Shown piece after piece: positions 39,101-51,189 of a stretch of DNA of 64,000 bases (positions within the stretch are counted from its first letter, which is position 1; each line of letters begins with the position of its first letter). This stretch comes from Podarcis gaigeae. Taxonomy: Eukaryota. The stretch lies in assembly GCA_964106915.2 (NCBI GenBank), contig OZ066916.1. One strand, 5' to 3'. Below the pieces are notes generated by a model. That model had not been told where the DNA came from, did not search any database, and saw nothing but the letters and a program-made list of their open reading frames with translations. The position numbers and the translations under genes were made by a program.

Positions 39101-40095
39101 ACGCTCTTGTCTCCCTATCTCTCTGCAAGAGATATAATATCTCTTCATTCTTCTGCTTAGTCCTAGCAATTGATCAATTTTAATTATTTTAATTGTTCTA
39201 AATTGAACGATTTAATTATTTTATCACATCATGTTCTTTTCTTCAGAACTTACATATTTTACATCCACAGCTTGTGCCTCTCCTGTGAAGGATCCTGATA
39301 GGGCTGAACAGACTGATTTTCAAGCCAAGGAGAAGGAGGGCTCACATTTCCATTAACATCCCGTCACACATCTTGAGAATCCAGAAACTTGTTATTCTGT
39401 GACTTTTGATACTGATTAGTGACAGTAGGATGCCGCCTAGCTCCGGTATTTTTCATAGCACCATCCCTTTCTTTGCACCCATTCAGGTATGTCATTCTAG
39501 ACATTCAGAAGCAAAATACATACCTGAGGGTGTGGGGAACCTTTGGCCAGGGGCGGGCTGTGCAGTTTCATCACTTGAAGCACAATGAGCTTCAGATTTC
39601 CAGTGAGATCTCATGACATGCCGCTGAAATCTTGTGAAATCTTCCTGGAAATCTTTGCTGATACCAGCACTGATTCTCCATCAGTGGTGGAGCAGGCAGG
39701 GCATCTGAGACAGCTGCTTCACCAGTCCTCAAGGTCTGCCTTGGGCAGGTCTGCCTTTGCTCCCCACCCCCCATGTTACCTAACTACATCTCCCACCATC
39801 ACTGGTCATAGAGCATGCTTGTAGAGACTGATAGTTCCCCGCACCTCATCTGTGCAAACTTTCATTGTTACTTACAAGTGATCTTCCAATTAACTACCTT
39901 AATCTCCTTTTTTTCTTGCTTTAACACACTTTGCTTGGTTGTCTAAGAATTTTGAACTATGTTGGGGCAAATAAAGAAGTGGTTTTTTAATGATAAAAAG
40001 TAAGGTATATTCAAGAAACAAAATCAATTCAATCATGTCAAGGAAAAAACAAAGTAGCATTCCATGGACAAACAGTAAAGAGTTATAAAGAATCT

Positions 40096-40445
40096 ATGTG
40101 GGTGGCACTGTGGGTTAAACCACAGAGCCTAGGATCAGAAGGTTGGCGGTTCAAATCCCCGTGATGGGGTGAGCTCCCGTTGCTTGGTCCCTGCTCCTGC
40201 CAACCTAGCAGTTTGAAAGCACATCAAAGTGCAAGTAGATAAATAGGTACCGCTCCGGCGGGAAGGTAAACGGCGTTTCCGTGCGCTGCTCTGGTTCGCC
40301 AGAAGCAGCTTAGTCATGCTGGCCACATGACCTGTCTGCGGACAAATGCCGGCTCCCTCGGCCCATAAAGCGAGATGAACGCCACAACCCCAGAGTCGGT
40401 CACGACTGGACCTAATGGTCAGGGGTCCTTTACCTTTACCTTTAC
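40096..40445 (+). mobile_element. Sauria SINE, near full length
   Basis: Head gtggcactgtgggttaaacc with B box ggttcaaatcc; (ACCTTT)n tail; small internal deletions relative to 47208-47551. Confidence 0.92.
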
Positions 40446-42138
40446 GAATTTCCTACCTCTTTCCATATGAAGAGAACAAACACAAGCCTGGGAAGAGGCT
40501 GTCAGCAGAAAGTGAGTGCAAAAAAAAAAAGCCACACCAGGTATACCTGCGCATTTATGGTTGGCTAAACCTATTTTTGTATCAGTGGAATAAATCATCT
40601 GGATTTTATAAGTTACGTAGCACCAGCCTTTTATATGGCATAACCCAAGCAAAAGCTTCCCTATCTCAAAGTGCTAACAATTTTAATGTGGAAAGAAGGT
40701 ATAACCTCTAGTGAGTTTTGTAAAAAACAAAAAAACAGGCGGAAAAACCCATAAACCTGTCACTTTAAAGAAAGTTTTACTAACAATGGGCATCTATCAA
40801 AGGCTTAATTGCAGTGACTGACTTGTAAAAGGGAACTGCACTTTAAAAGTCCTATTAGCACAGTTAGTCATTATGCAAACGAAGGAAGGTTCGTATTTTA
40901 GTTCAAAAGAAAGCCAAAGGAAGGTGAACACTGTTTTCAGTATAACCCCTTTCAGTATAAATTTTTACAGCAAATACGGTAATAAAATTAGTAACCATTA
41001 TTATAAAGCACAACCACATTTATATTTCCATATATCCTTTTTTTTGTAAAAACCTTACTTTACAAAGTTGTAAATTCTTCTTTAAGATTAAATATGGAAG
41101 CTGAAAGAAGGCATCATTACTGAACTTTGGTAGTGTGGAGTACATAATTTACCATTTTTAAATGACAGCAATGTTAGTACTTAGTATAAAGTACACTTGG
41201 CAAATCAGAAGATCTTTGTCCAATGAGGGCCAAGTCATGTGATAAAAGCCATTTTTGGCAAATGTTGCCCATTCTGAAACAGTTTAGCAAAGGCTCCAAA
41301 ACATTGCAAGTCAAACCTTATGTATTCACGCAGGTCTTCAGCATATATCAACTACTGTTGTGATTTCAACAGCGACTATTTTGGTTGTGTGAATTAACCC
41401 TGAGACAAAGGCATTATGCTAGGTGGAAAATGCGACAAACATGCATTATGTACTATCATAGTTGCCCTAATTGTAGTTTGAAGAACCTCCTACTTCAAAT
41501 TAACACCCCTTTTCCCCCATGGAGATTCCAAACCTTGTAGAGTAAAACTTGCTTGCCTGACATAAAAATAGAAACAAGTTAGTTATAATAGCATAGTAAT
41601 AATAAAAGACCGGCTTCATGTTGTGTTGGCCCTTGGGGAAGTGTGACTGAGTCAGCCTTAATCACAGCAAAACAGCATAAGGGATAAGATGTGACTCACA
41701 ATCTGCCAAGCAAGGCTCTACATGAAAATATGTTCTTGGGAGCGAAAAATCACCACGTAATATGAATATCAGACATCTAACACTTAAAAGGTTCTTGACT
41801 AGGAGCCTGTTTCTAACAGATTTTTAAATGATTTTGGATTAACATTGTGTGTTCTCTTTCTGTCAGATTAGGAGGCCTGATCTGAGCCTCTCTTTAAATT
41901 GCAGTCATGAAAGGGCACTTCTGTTGATTTTATACCAGATATATCAGTCTATTAAACAGATGTGTTGTATTCCAGCCAAGTGGATACAAGAGCTATGAAT
42001 TTCCTCTGTCAATTAGATGGCGGCATCTGTAGAAGAGCTGGTTTAGAATAAGAATTGGTCTGTGGCCAGTGAACTTCCGTGTCTAGTATTTAGGCAGTGG
42101 AGAAACAGCAGCTGACTACAATTTACCTGGGCATAGCC

Positions 42139-42165
42139 TTGGTTGGTTGGTTGGTTGGTTGGTTG
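42139..42165. repeat. (TTGG)n microsatellite
   Basis: ttggttggttggttggttggttggttg. Confidence 0.9.
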
Positions 42166-42172
42166 ATTAATG

Positions 42173-42308
42173 CAGTGTTTCCCAACCTTGTGCCTCCAGA
42201 TGTTTTTGGCCTACAACTCCCATCATCCCTGACCACTGGTCTTGCTAGCTAGGGATGATGGGAGTTGTAGGCCAAAAACATCTGGAGGCACAAGGTTGGG
42301 AAACACTG
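42173..42308. mobile_element. Palindromic hAT-type MITE, 136 bp, perfect 58-bp arms
   Basis: TIR begins CAGTGTTTCCCAACC; 20-nt spacer; exact 8-bp TSD GATTAATG. Confidence 0.95.
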
Positions 42309-43584
42309 GATTAATGTATGTTGATTGCCATAGACTTTAATTTGTAATATTTTATGGTGGTGGCGAGCACATAAAAACAAAACTTTCCTCCCACAATTCA
42401 AATGGGTAGGTGTTTTTGGGGGGGAAGCAACAGTCCCAAGAAGTAGTCTTGGCCACTTTTATAATTGGAAAGGTGGGATATAAATTCCCTTATAACAAAA
42501 TCAAATAAAGTCAAAGCACTGTTGATGCAGGTGAAATGCTATAGAAAGTTGCCAGCATAAATTGTTTTGCTTAAGTTATCCCTCTGTACTTTCCTGTTGG
42601 GTGCAAAATCACTCCCAGCTATTTTGATTCAGCAGGGCAATAAGGTTTCACAAAGTTGCTCTTCCTGTATACCAGCAACTTTGAAAATATTCCCAGTTTG
42701 TCTCACATCATGTTCCCAGAAATAGTCCTTTCTTTCCCTTTTAAAGACAGAGTTTCTTTTGAGTATGTTTTAATTGACATAACAAATTCATGAATGTTAT
42801 GGTAATTACTTTCTATAGCAGGTTGATTAAGGCTTAATAACATTTTCATAAAATAAATGCTTTGCAATTATGTAGGAACAAAATACCATCTGGGTTCCTC
42901 CTATCATCACCTCCTGTTTATTTTAAGTGTCTTCTCACTGAACATTTTTAAGGCTAGAGACAGTATTGCTCAGACTACACATCAAGCTTAGCTGATGGAC
43001 CAGTGGGTCAGTTACATTTCCTGCATCTTTCTCCTGAAAATGAGAACTGCAGCTAAAGTGTTCCGTGTTTGATACCATTGTAACTTGCATTCATATAATT
43101 ATGTGTAGATAGATAGAAAGCAAGAGATTGTGAGCATTTTGAGGACTATAAGGCATCCTTTAGTATACTGACGATGAAAAAAGTTAGGTTGCTAAATATT
43201 GTTAAAATGTGTTGTCCTCAAAGGGATGAGGTACTATAAACACTGTTGCTCTTAGGCAGTTGAAAGAAACAGTGTAGGAGTCACAATTACAGGTTCAAGA
43301 ACCGATTTTCTTCCTTCTCCCACACAAGCCCTGCCATATTCTTTCCTGATAGTGTTTCTCAGTATACCCTCTTATGTGTGTTGCTGACTCTGTCTACATA
43401 TAAAGAGGAAAAATCAACTTATTTATACTGTTAGCTTCTTTCCTATCTTTCTCTAAACGCTGAAACTGTTGGGATTGCTTGGGAAACTTCCCATTTTTAA
43501 AATGTTAATCTGTGCCTGCGTCTTCTGAATAGTTCACACAAAGGTAGTGGCAATCTTATCTATCCAACCCTAGTGATGTGTGGA

Positions 43585-43669
43585 GAGAATATTCTCTGGA
43601 TAGTATTCTTGAGAATGAGAATATTCTCGAGAATATTCTCTGCTAGAAAATTCTCCAGAGAATATTCTC
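43585..43669. repeat. Cluster of four GAGAATATTCTC palindromes
   Basis: Perfect copies start at 43585, 43617, 43629 and 43658, with degenerate copies between them. Confidence 0.9.
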
Positions 43670-44610
43670 CCCAAATGTAAATTCTAATGTAAGAACCAGT
43701 TTTACAACCCACATTTTAAAAATCTAGTAAATAATAAAGTCAAGCTGTGATATTGCCAGTGTAGGTAATGAATAATGATATTTTTTTTTATCCAGTAATG
43801 ACACTGGGCATTGTGTCATTCACCATTGGCAGTTCTGAAATGTGAGCTACAGAAAACATTTTTGTTTTTTGTTTTAAAAATGCTATTCATTTAATTCGAT
43901 GAACATTTGAATTCATATGTATTTCAACTATATGTAATAGCCTTTTTCTGTTTTGGTGTGACTTTATTTTTAGCAATTCTATACCCTTGGCCATATAGTG
44001 TGGGTTTTTTTTACAGAAAGTAGATTTAATGCTTTATAAACTTAAAGTACCTAGACCAATACAATTATGTGTAACAGCATGTGAGGTGGCCTTGATTTAA
44101 ACAGTTGACATTTCTATATTTTTATTTAGGGCCAGTAACTGGTTTTTGCAGATTAATGAGAATATTTGACTTTAGTGGGAAAGGGGTTCATTTGGCAAGT
44201 GAGGCATGCTTAGCTTTTTTTGGTTTATTACATGGGCAAAGCAGCCCATACCTCTGACCTGCCATGCTGGATGAGCTTGTTGTGCCCCTCCACCTAGCCT
44301 TGCCTGATCCACTTGCTTCTAATGCTCAAATGATGGGAGGATGGAAGCTACCACCAGTAGTGTCTCCACCAATGGTAGCTAGTGTAGACCCCCCAAACAG
44401 GGCAGGGAGGGACCAGCACAGGATCCAACTGGATCCTAACATCGCTCTTTGGCCATCATGTGAAGGTTGTGGGCCCAAACCAGGCCTCTTTGCTTTCCCA
44501 GCCGGGGAGCTGGCTTGGTGAAGACATTATCTCCCCTCTCATTTTCCTCCCTAGCATGTGCAAGTGGCAGAGCTCTCGGCATGGTGGCAACTATGCCATT
44601 CCTTTTAGCC

Positions 44611-44895
44611 GGACACTGAGATCCAGCGCCGAGGGCCTTCTGGCGGTTCCCTCATTGCGAGAAGTGAGGCTACAGGGAACCAGACAGAGCGCCTTCTCGG
44701 TAGTGGCGCCCGCCCTGTGGAACGCCCTCCCATCAGATGTCAAAGAGATAAAGAATTACCTGACATTCAGAAGACATCTTAAGGCAGCCGTGTTCAGGGA
44801 AGTTTTTAATATGTAATGCTGTACTGTTTTTAACACTGATTGGGAGCCACCCAGAGTGGCTGGGGAAACTCAGCCAGATGGGTGGGGTATAAATA

Positions 44896-44930
<35 letters not shown>
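44611..44930 (+). mobile_element. Young L2 LINE 3' end with (TTA)n tail
   Basis: RTLRSSAEGLLAVP...AFSVVAPALWNALPSDVK...FRRHLKAAVF is the L2 ORF2 C-terminus; 3' stem-loop, then ggggtataaataa and (TTA)n; TTAGCC at both junctions. Confidence 0.92.
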
Positions 44931-44933
<3 letters not shown>

Positions 44934-44999
44934 GCCCAGCCACTGCTGGCCAGGTCTTTAGCTTGCCCACCCTTAGTCCAATGACGGCAGTGTACATTA

Positions 45000-45125
45000 T
45001 TCCCCCCACCAACTTTGTCCTTCTAATGAGGTAGGTTAGGCTGAGAAAGGCAAGTTTTCCAAGGTAACCCAGCAAATCTCATGCCTGTGCAGATTGGAAT
45101 CCAGGTCTCCACAGTCTTAACTAAC
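45000..45125 (-). mobile_element. MIR/Ther1-related (Squam3-like) SINE fragment
   Basis: gaggtaggttaggctgaga...ccaaggtaacccagcaa...ggaatccaggtctcc core. Confidence 0.55.
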
Positions 45126-45134
45126 TACTTTAAA

Positions 45135-45322
45135 GGGGAAATGGCCGAAGCTCTGTAGTTGATCATCTGCTCTGCAAGCAGAAGGTCTTAGGTTCAACTC
45201 TTGGCGTCTACAGTTGTGGGCTTGGAGAGAACACTGTCTGGAGAGCTGCTGCCAGTGTAAACAATGCTGAGCTAGATGTACTACCAATAGTCTGACTCAG
45301 TATAAGGCAGCTTCCTATGTTT
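45135..45322 (+). mobile_element. tRNA-derived SINE (Squam2-like)
   Basis: tRNA-like head with B box ggttcaactc; tail gtctgactcagtataaggcagcttcctatg. Confidence 0.7.
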
Positions 45323-47207
45323 TTATATGCTGTAGCATACTGCCTCAAGTAGAATAGCATCACTTGCTCTTGCGATAGCATATCCAGGCACAAGAAGATA
45401 CAAGTTTTTACTTCACAGCTATTTTTACATGTCAGCTTACTGTGAATAAAGAACATGATTAAAGAAGGTCCAGTATGTCAGTTCCAAAACCTATAGTGCT
45501 GATATGCAAATACATTTAGATAATATTTGCATATTTCAGCATTCTTAATCAGGCAACCCTGGCACTGATCCAGTTCTGAGCAACTATTTTTTTTTTAATG
45601 TGCATAAGCTGAACTAAAATATTCTGGAAAGTGTGTTTTAATAAACACAGGTTAAAAAGCTATCATGTCTTATAACATCAATTGTCTCAAGAACTAAATT
45701 TAGTCTTTGATGTGGGCCCAACCAAATATAGTCTAATTTAAATGCAAAAACATCAGTTTCTGGGTAATAATATCTTTATACATAAAAGTATTGCTACAGA
45801 TATTAATATCCTAAATGAGTAAAAGAGTAGAGGAAGTCATGATTGCACTGATGAAAAGACTAGAACTGATGCCAAATATTTCTGCCAGTTAACATTTGAG
45901 TAGGTTTGGCATTCTTTTTCATCTTGCTGCAAAAATCTACGCATTTGCATGGCATCTTTAAAAGGTGCATTTTATATATTCAGAGAAGATTTGCAGTTTG
46001 TAACCAGAATAAAAGTCAAATCTATGCCTGCAAAAATGGTAGTACCGTATTTTATGTGCCCTTACGATCTGGGGACACTAAAATTTCTTTCTGCTTACAT
46101 GTGTATAAAAGTGGGATTCTGAAACTGATCAGTTGACCAGATATTGTCAGTTGAGCATCTGTTATTTATTGTCAGTTGAGCATCGTCAAATAGTGTCAGC
46201 TATTCCATGGTATTAAGATAGCCTACTTTTTTCTTTTTATTTTCCCCCACAATGGGATCAACTGATAGCAATGGCAGGCGTTTAAAAATGCAAAAATGCA
46301 AAAAAGCTTCCCCTCCATTAAAGTGAATGGGGAAGCTCTTGTGAGCCCATGGAGCTCTCAGTTAATCATTAGCTCATGATACCTATTTGCTGAAGGCAGT
46401 TTGTTGATGTACTTGAAAATCACAATAAAATACTTATGGTTTCCTTGTGTCTTCCATATAGTGTCACAGAGCACCTCTGACTGAATTGATACAGTATAAT
46501 TAGCTCTACAGCAGATTTTTGGGCACTTAACATTCTGTTTTTCATGAAGCAAAGCTTTAAGTAAAATAGGAAGTGTTATTTAAGGACTTGTTGAAACAGA
46601 AAAAAAATGAGATTGATTTCATGACATTTCTGCATGAATTACAGAAAGCAATTTTCTCTGTTTTGTGTCTGTTCTCAAGCATAATTGAGGACACTTTTGG
46701 TATTAACATAGCTGGAAGATTATGATATACCATTTACTTTTCCAAATCTATGTATGCGGTGACTATGTATCTAATAAATGTGTGTTGTTTTCCCATTCCC
46801 TGTTGTTTTGTTAGTTACAGTAAATATATCTCAAGTCTTTGTTTTTAGAGGATTAGGTCTCTTACAGCACAATCCAAGGTCTGTTTGCTCAGAAGTAAAG
46901 CGCCACTGTGTTCAGTGGTCTAAGACGAGTGCGCAAAGTATTGCTTTTGTTCAGAATGGATGGCATCATATGCTAAGTTGATGCCATTTCAAAATCTGTT
47001 TATATTTTTAATATGTGTTGACTATTAGTTTTATATTGGGTTGTGTTTTAGGATATTCTATACTAGCTTAATTATCTTATTACCTTATTCAAAGTGGTAC
47101 AAATCTCTGTCTATACATTGCAGGCTGCAGGAGAGGCTGCTGCCCATTGGGATTGGTAGAGCAGAAGTAAGGGAGGCTGACAGGAGTTGGCGCCAGAGAA
47201 AGTAATA

Positions 47208-47551
47208 AAGGCAAAGGGACCCCTGACCATTAGGTCCAGTCGTGACCGACTCTGGGGTTGCGGCACTCATCTCACTTTATTGGCCAAGGGAGCCAGCGTA
47301 CAGTTTCCGGGTCATGTGGCCAGCATGACTAAGCCGCTTCTGGCGAACCAGAGCAGCGCACGGAAACGCCATTTACCTTCCCGCCAGAGTGGTACCTATT
47401 TATCTACTTGCACTTTGATGTGCTTTCGAACTGCTAGGTTGGCAGGGACCAAGCAACAGGAGCTCACCCTATCGCAGGGATTTGAACCGCCGACCTTCTG
47501 ATCAGCAAGTCCTAGGCTCTGTGGTTTAACCCACAGCGCCACCCGCGTCCC
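47208..47551 (-). mobile_element. Sauria SINE, full length
   Basis: 5' end GGGACGCGGGTGGCGCTGTGGG on the minus strand; 13-bp TSD agagaaagtaata / agagatagtaata (1 mismatch). Confidence 0.95.
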
Positions 47552-49004
47552 TAGAGATAGTAATAGTTGAAAACAAATAATTCTGGTTTTGTCTCATTGC
47601 TGAATTCTAAAAAACATCACTGAGCCTCACATCCACACCCAACAGGTAAAACACATGGCTTCCCTCAAAGAAACCTAGGAGTTGTAGTTTACTCCTCACA
47701 GCAGAAACAAAGGCTCCTGGCATTTTATTGGGAAAGCAACATGCTTTAAATATACGGTGTGGATTTGACAAGGGCGACAGCGAGTGCCACCTCCTGGACT
47801 GGTTTTAAGTAAACAGGTGGGGGCTGGCTGAGGGCAGACTGAGTTTGGCCGGATAGTGCTCCATTTGACCCAATGGACCAGTATCCGCTGACTGATTGTA
47901 GTCTAGGTGATGTTAAGAAAGCTAAATCCCAATGAGTTAACCCAATATCTTACAATTCACTGCTCCATCATCTCACTTGTTTCTGTCAGTGAATGTCTGT
48001 GGAAAGAGGGAGTTAATACTATTCCAAATTGAAATACGTTATCTAGCTGTCACATGGGAAAAGAATAATAGTAATGTGGTTCATTTGCCATCTAGTTTTC
48101 AAATGATCGAAATTGCTACTAAAGTATGGTGTTCTGGTTCAAAAGATATACATGCAACCCGCTAAACATTGCTGATCTGCATCCTCCATTCATTTCAATT
48201 GCCTTTGCAAAGAATAATTGTGCGAGTCCTGCAGAAATGGATAGAAGATGCAGAACACTGCTGCAAATTGGATGGATTGTGCCTCTCACTTTCTGTACTG
48301 ATAGTATTGCAAACATTAATCTTCAAAAGAAGCCTTATGAGGGATGCATTACTTACACTTTACACACAAAGAAAACAGTCCTTTCTACCTCCCAGTAATA
48401 TGTTCATTTTATTTTGGACTTTCAGCACCTGTTGTTTATAATATTGACTACACAGCCTTGATGTTGTGGATTCACAGAGCTCATGTGATCATGCTGAATG
48501 CTGGTACTTTAGAGGGCAGCAAAGTGAAAAATGGTATCATTGGTATCTCAAGAGGGAAAAAATGGTTTTGTTTTTCTGTCTGTAAGTGTGTTTTAAAGAA
48601 TATGAGGAGTGTCGTCCAAATCATTAGCCAGAGAAATAGCAGGCTGTGTTACAGAAACAAAATGAAAAAACAAATTAACACATTTGCAATGCAACTGAAT
48701 CTGTTGCGAAACACAAATGTGTCTATGAAAATTGCTAATAGGGCTTGGAGGCAATCAGTTTAAGAACAATTTTATTTCTGTTATAAAAGATTATATCATC
48801 TAAATAATAACGGAACAATTTACACAGAAAGCACTACATACGGTAATGTATTTTATCTTCCTTGCAGGGGCTATTTTTACATGAATTGTGTTCATAGTGG
48901 CATACATACTGGAGGCAATGCCTGAAATCCTGGGAGATGTGTATTTTCTCCATGGATTTACTGGCAGAAGCTCATCATTTTCTAATGACCTTGTGTTTGG
49001 GTTA

Positions 49005-49800
49005 TTTACAAAGGGCTGCCCTTGAAAACAATCTGGAAGCTACACTTAAGTGCAGAATGCATCTGTCAGGTGATTAACTAGGACAACAAGAAGGGATCAC
49101 CTTCCCTATGAACTCTGCGATGGCTGTCCATATGCTGCTGGGGTAGATTTGGGAGTAGATTTGTCAGTGGTGGCTTAAGGTAAAAGGTAAAGGTACCCCT
49201 GCCCGTACGGGCCAGTCTTGACAGACTCTGGGGTTGGTGCGCCCATCTCACTCAAGAGGCCAGGGGCCAGTGCTGTCCGGAGACACTTCCGGGTCACGTG
49301 GCCAGCGTGACATCGCTGCTCTGGCCAGAGGCAGAGCCAGAGCCGCACACGGAAACGCCGTTTACCTTCCCGCTGGTAAGCGGTCCCTATTTATCTACTT
49401 GCACCTAGGGGTGCTTTCGAACTGCTAGGTTGGCAGGCGCTGGGACCGAACGACGGGAGCGCACCCCGCCGCAGGGATTCGAACCGCCGACCTTTCGATC
49501 GGCAAGCCCTAGGCGCTGAGGTTTTACCCACAGCGCCACCTGCGTCCCTCAGTGGTGGCTTACAAAACCCTAAATGACTTGGAGACCATTTATCTGCAGG
49601 AGCATCTCCTCTGGTAGCAGCCAATCTGATCCTTCAGATCAGATGGGCAGAGGAGGACTTTGTGATCCCCACAAGGATTTGGAGTGAGGGAACGTTCAAA
49701 AGGACCTTCTCTGTGGTAGAGCCCCAACTTTGGAATAATCTTTCGTTAGAGATATGTCTGTCTTCCACTTTGCTAGTTTTCAGGTGTGTGTGTCTCCCTA
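49005..49800 (+). mobile_element. Old L2 3' fragment hosting a Sauria SINE
   Basis: gggctgcccttgaaaacaatctggaagcta (GLPLKTIWKL)...cagaatgca; after the SINE, aggaccttctctgtggtagagccccaactttggaat (RTFSVVEPQLWN). Confidence 0.7.
49178..49548 (-). mobile_element. Sauria SINE, full length, distinct subfamily
   Basis: Exact 14-bp TSD TCAGTGGTGGCTTA (49164-49177 and 49549-49562); intact B box, CpG-rich; diagnostic differences from the other three copies. Confidence 0.95.
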
Positions 49801-50640
49801 AGCTAGGGGCTTTTGCAATTTGATAAATAAAAAAGTAAAGTTCTTATCAGGAACATATGTATTTCTGTTGTAATTTATCTACTACAGATTTATGAAATTA
49901 ATGACTTTGACTAAGTTAGGTCCATTAGTTTCAATGAGTCAACTCAAACTAAAGCTTCATTGTTTGTATATGTTTTTAGTGCTATTTGTTATATTTTGGT
50001 CATAAGTTTGTACATTTCTCTGGGGTCTTTCTGAGGTTGGGTGATTAATACATTAATAATAAATACCATAATAATTAACAATACTAATGTAGATCCCTTT
50101 CAGCTGTTCTCTAAAGACTGCTGTTTGGGAAAACTATGGAGAGAGCTCTTTTTCACAAACAGAACGCCTGTGCTCATAGAATTTGCAAATTGTGATTGTG
50201 GCCATTGAGTAATATATACATGGATCCGGTCTTGTATGGAGCATTTGAATCCCCAACACAGCAGAAATCGCAGACGTTTTCACATCAGGGTAGGGCAGGG
50301 TAGAATTTCACACCTTGCCTTAGTGTAATAAACCATGATTTGGACTATATCTCTTGTCTTGTCAATTAAGTAGCTTTCTAAAAATACATTCTTTGTAGCA
50401 TAGCTGTGTGGATAATGGAGATATATGTATGTATGACGAAAGAGTTTCTAAACATTACTAGTTCATATTAGTGTATGGAATATTGAACACTTGTAGAAGA
50501 CTTCCACAGTTCGATTAAAATAGCTTTATTAAAACATAACTTTTTAAATGGAGAAAATCATAGTTCTTTAAAAGGTTTTTTAAGTTATTTGTCATCCAGA
50601 ATAACAACCCCTGAACTGACAACAACACAGAGAAAGAGAA

Positions 50641-50641
50641 A

Positions 50642-50688
<47 letters not shown>

Positions 50689-50692
50689 ATTA
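50641..50692. repeat. (ATT)n microsatellite
   Basis: Direct trinucleotide run; it produces the spurious poly-Ile ORF 50589..51101. Confidence 0.95.
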
Positions 50693-51189
50693 TTTTCTAA
50701 AAAGGCTTTCAAGGGGTAATTTTGAAGTTGAAGTGAGCAATGAGTCAGCAGGGGATAACTTATACCTCTTTCACTCCACATCAGAAATGGCTATCTATAG
50801 TCTGTATGAGCTTCACAAGCATTCATTCATAAACCTGTTCCATTCCATTTCCACATTAAATTTCAGTTTAAAAAAATTTAAAATGTATGAAAAGCCATAT
50901 TTAAATGCACACCTAAATATGTATTTTGAACGAATTTTCTCACAAAAGACACATTCTGAAACAAATGTGTTTCAATACCAACATTTGTCAGGGAGATGCA
51001 GCTCAGGTCTATTTGCATCAGATTTTGTAGATAATGTATTCTGCAAGCATTTCTATACTACATTTCATTTTCATGTAAACAGTATCGGCATCACTGTCTA
51101 ATGATCTCTGTGTTACCCAAGATTCATTTATTCATAAAGACATTCATAAGGGGAATAACTGTACATAAACAGATTCTCTTATTTGTTGT

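Noticed and set aside
40096-40180. tRNA genes
   Set aside because: The tRNA-like A/B boxes here and at 45135, 47480 and 49470 are SINE heads without a full cloverleaf.
43585-43669. CRISPR-like palindromic repeat array
   Set aside because: Eukaryotic context, 12-bp units, irregular or absent spacers made of the same motif, and no cas genes.
45498-45560. Inverted pair of octamer motifs (tatgcaaat...atttgcata)
   Set aside because: It lies next to a ggcaaccct terminus and is better explained as a decayed hAT-type MITE.
50589-51101. 170-aa ORF
   Set aside because: It runs through an (ATT)n microsatellite and a repeat remnant, with no protein-like character.
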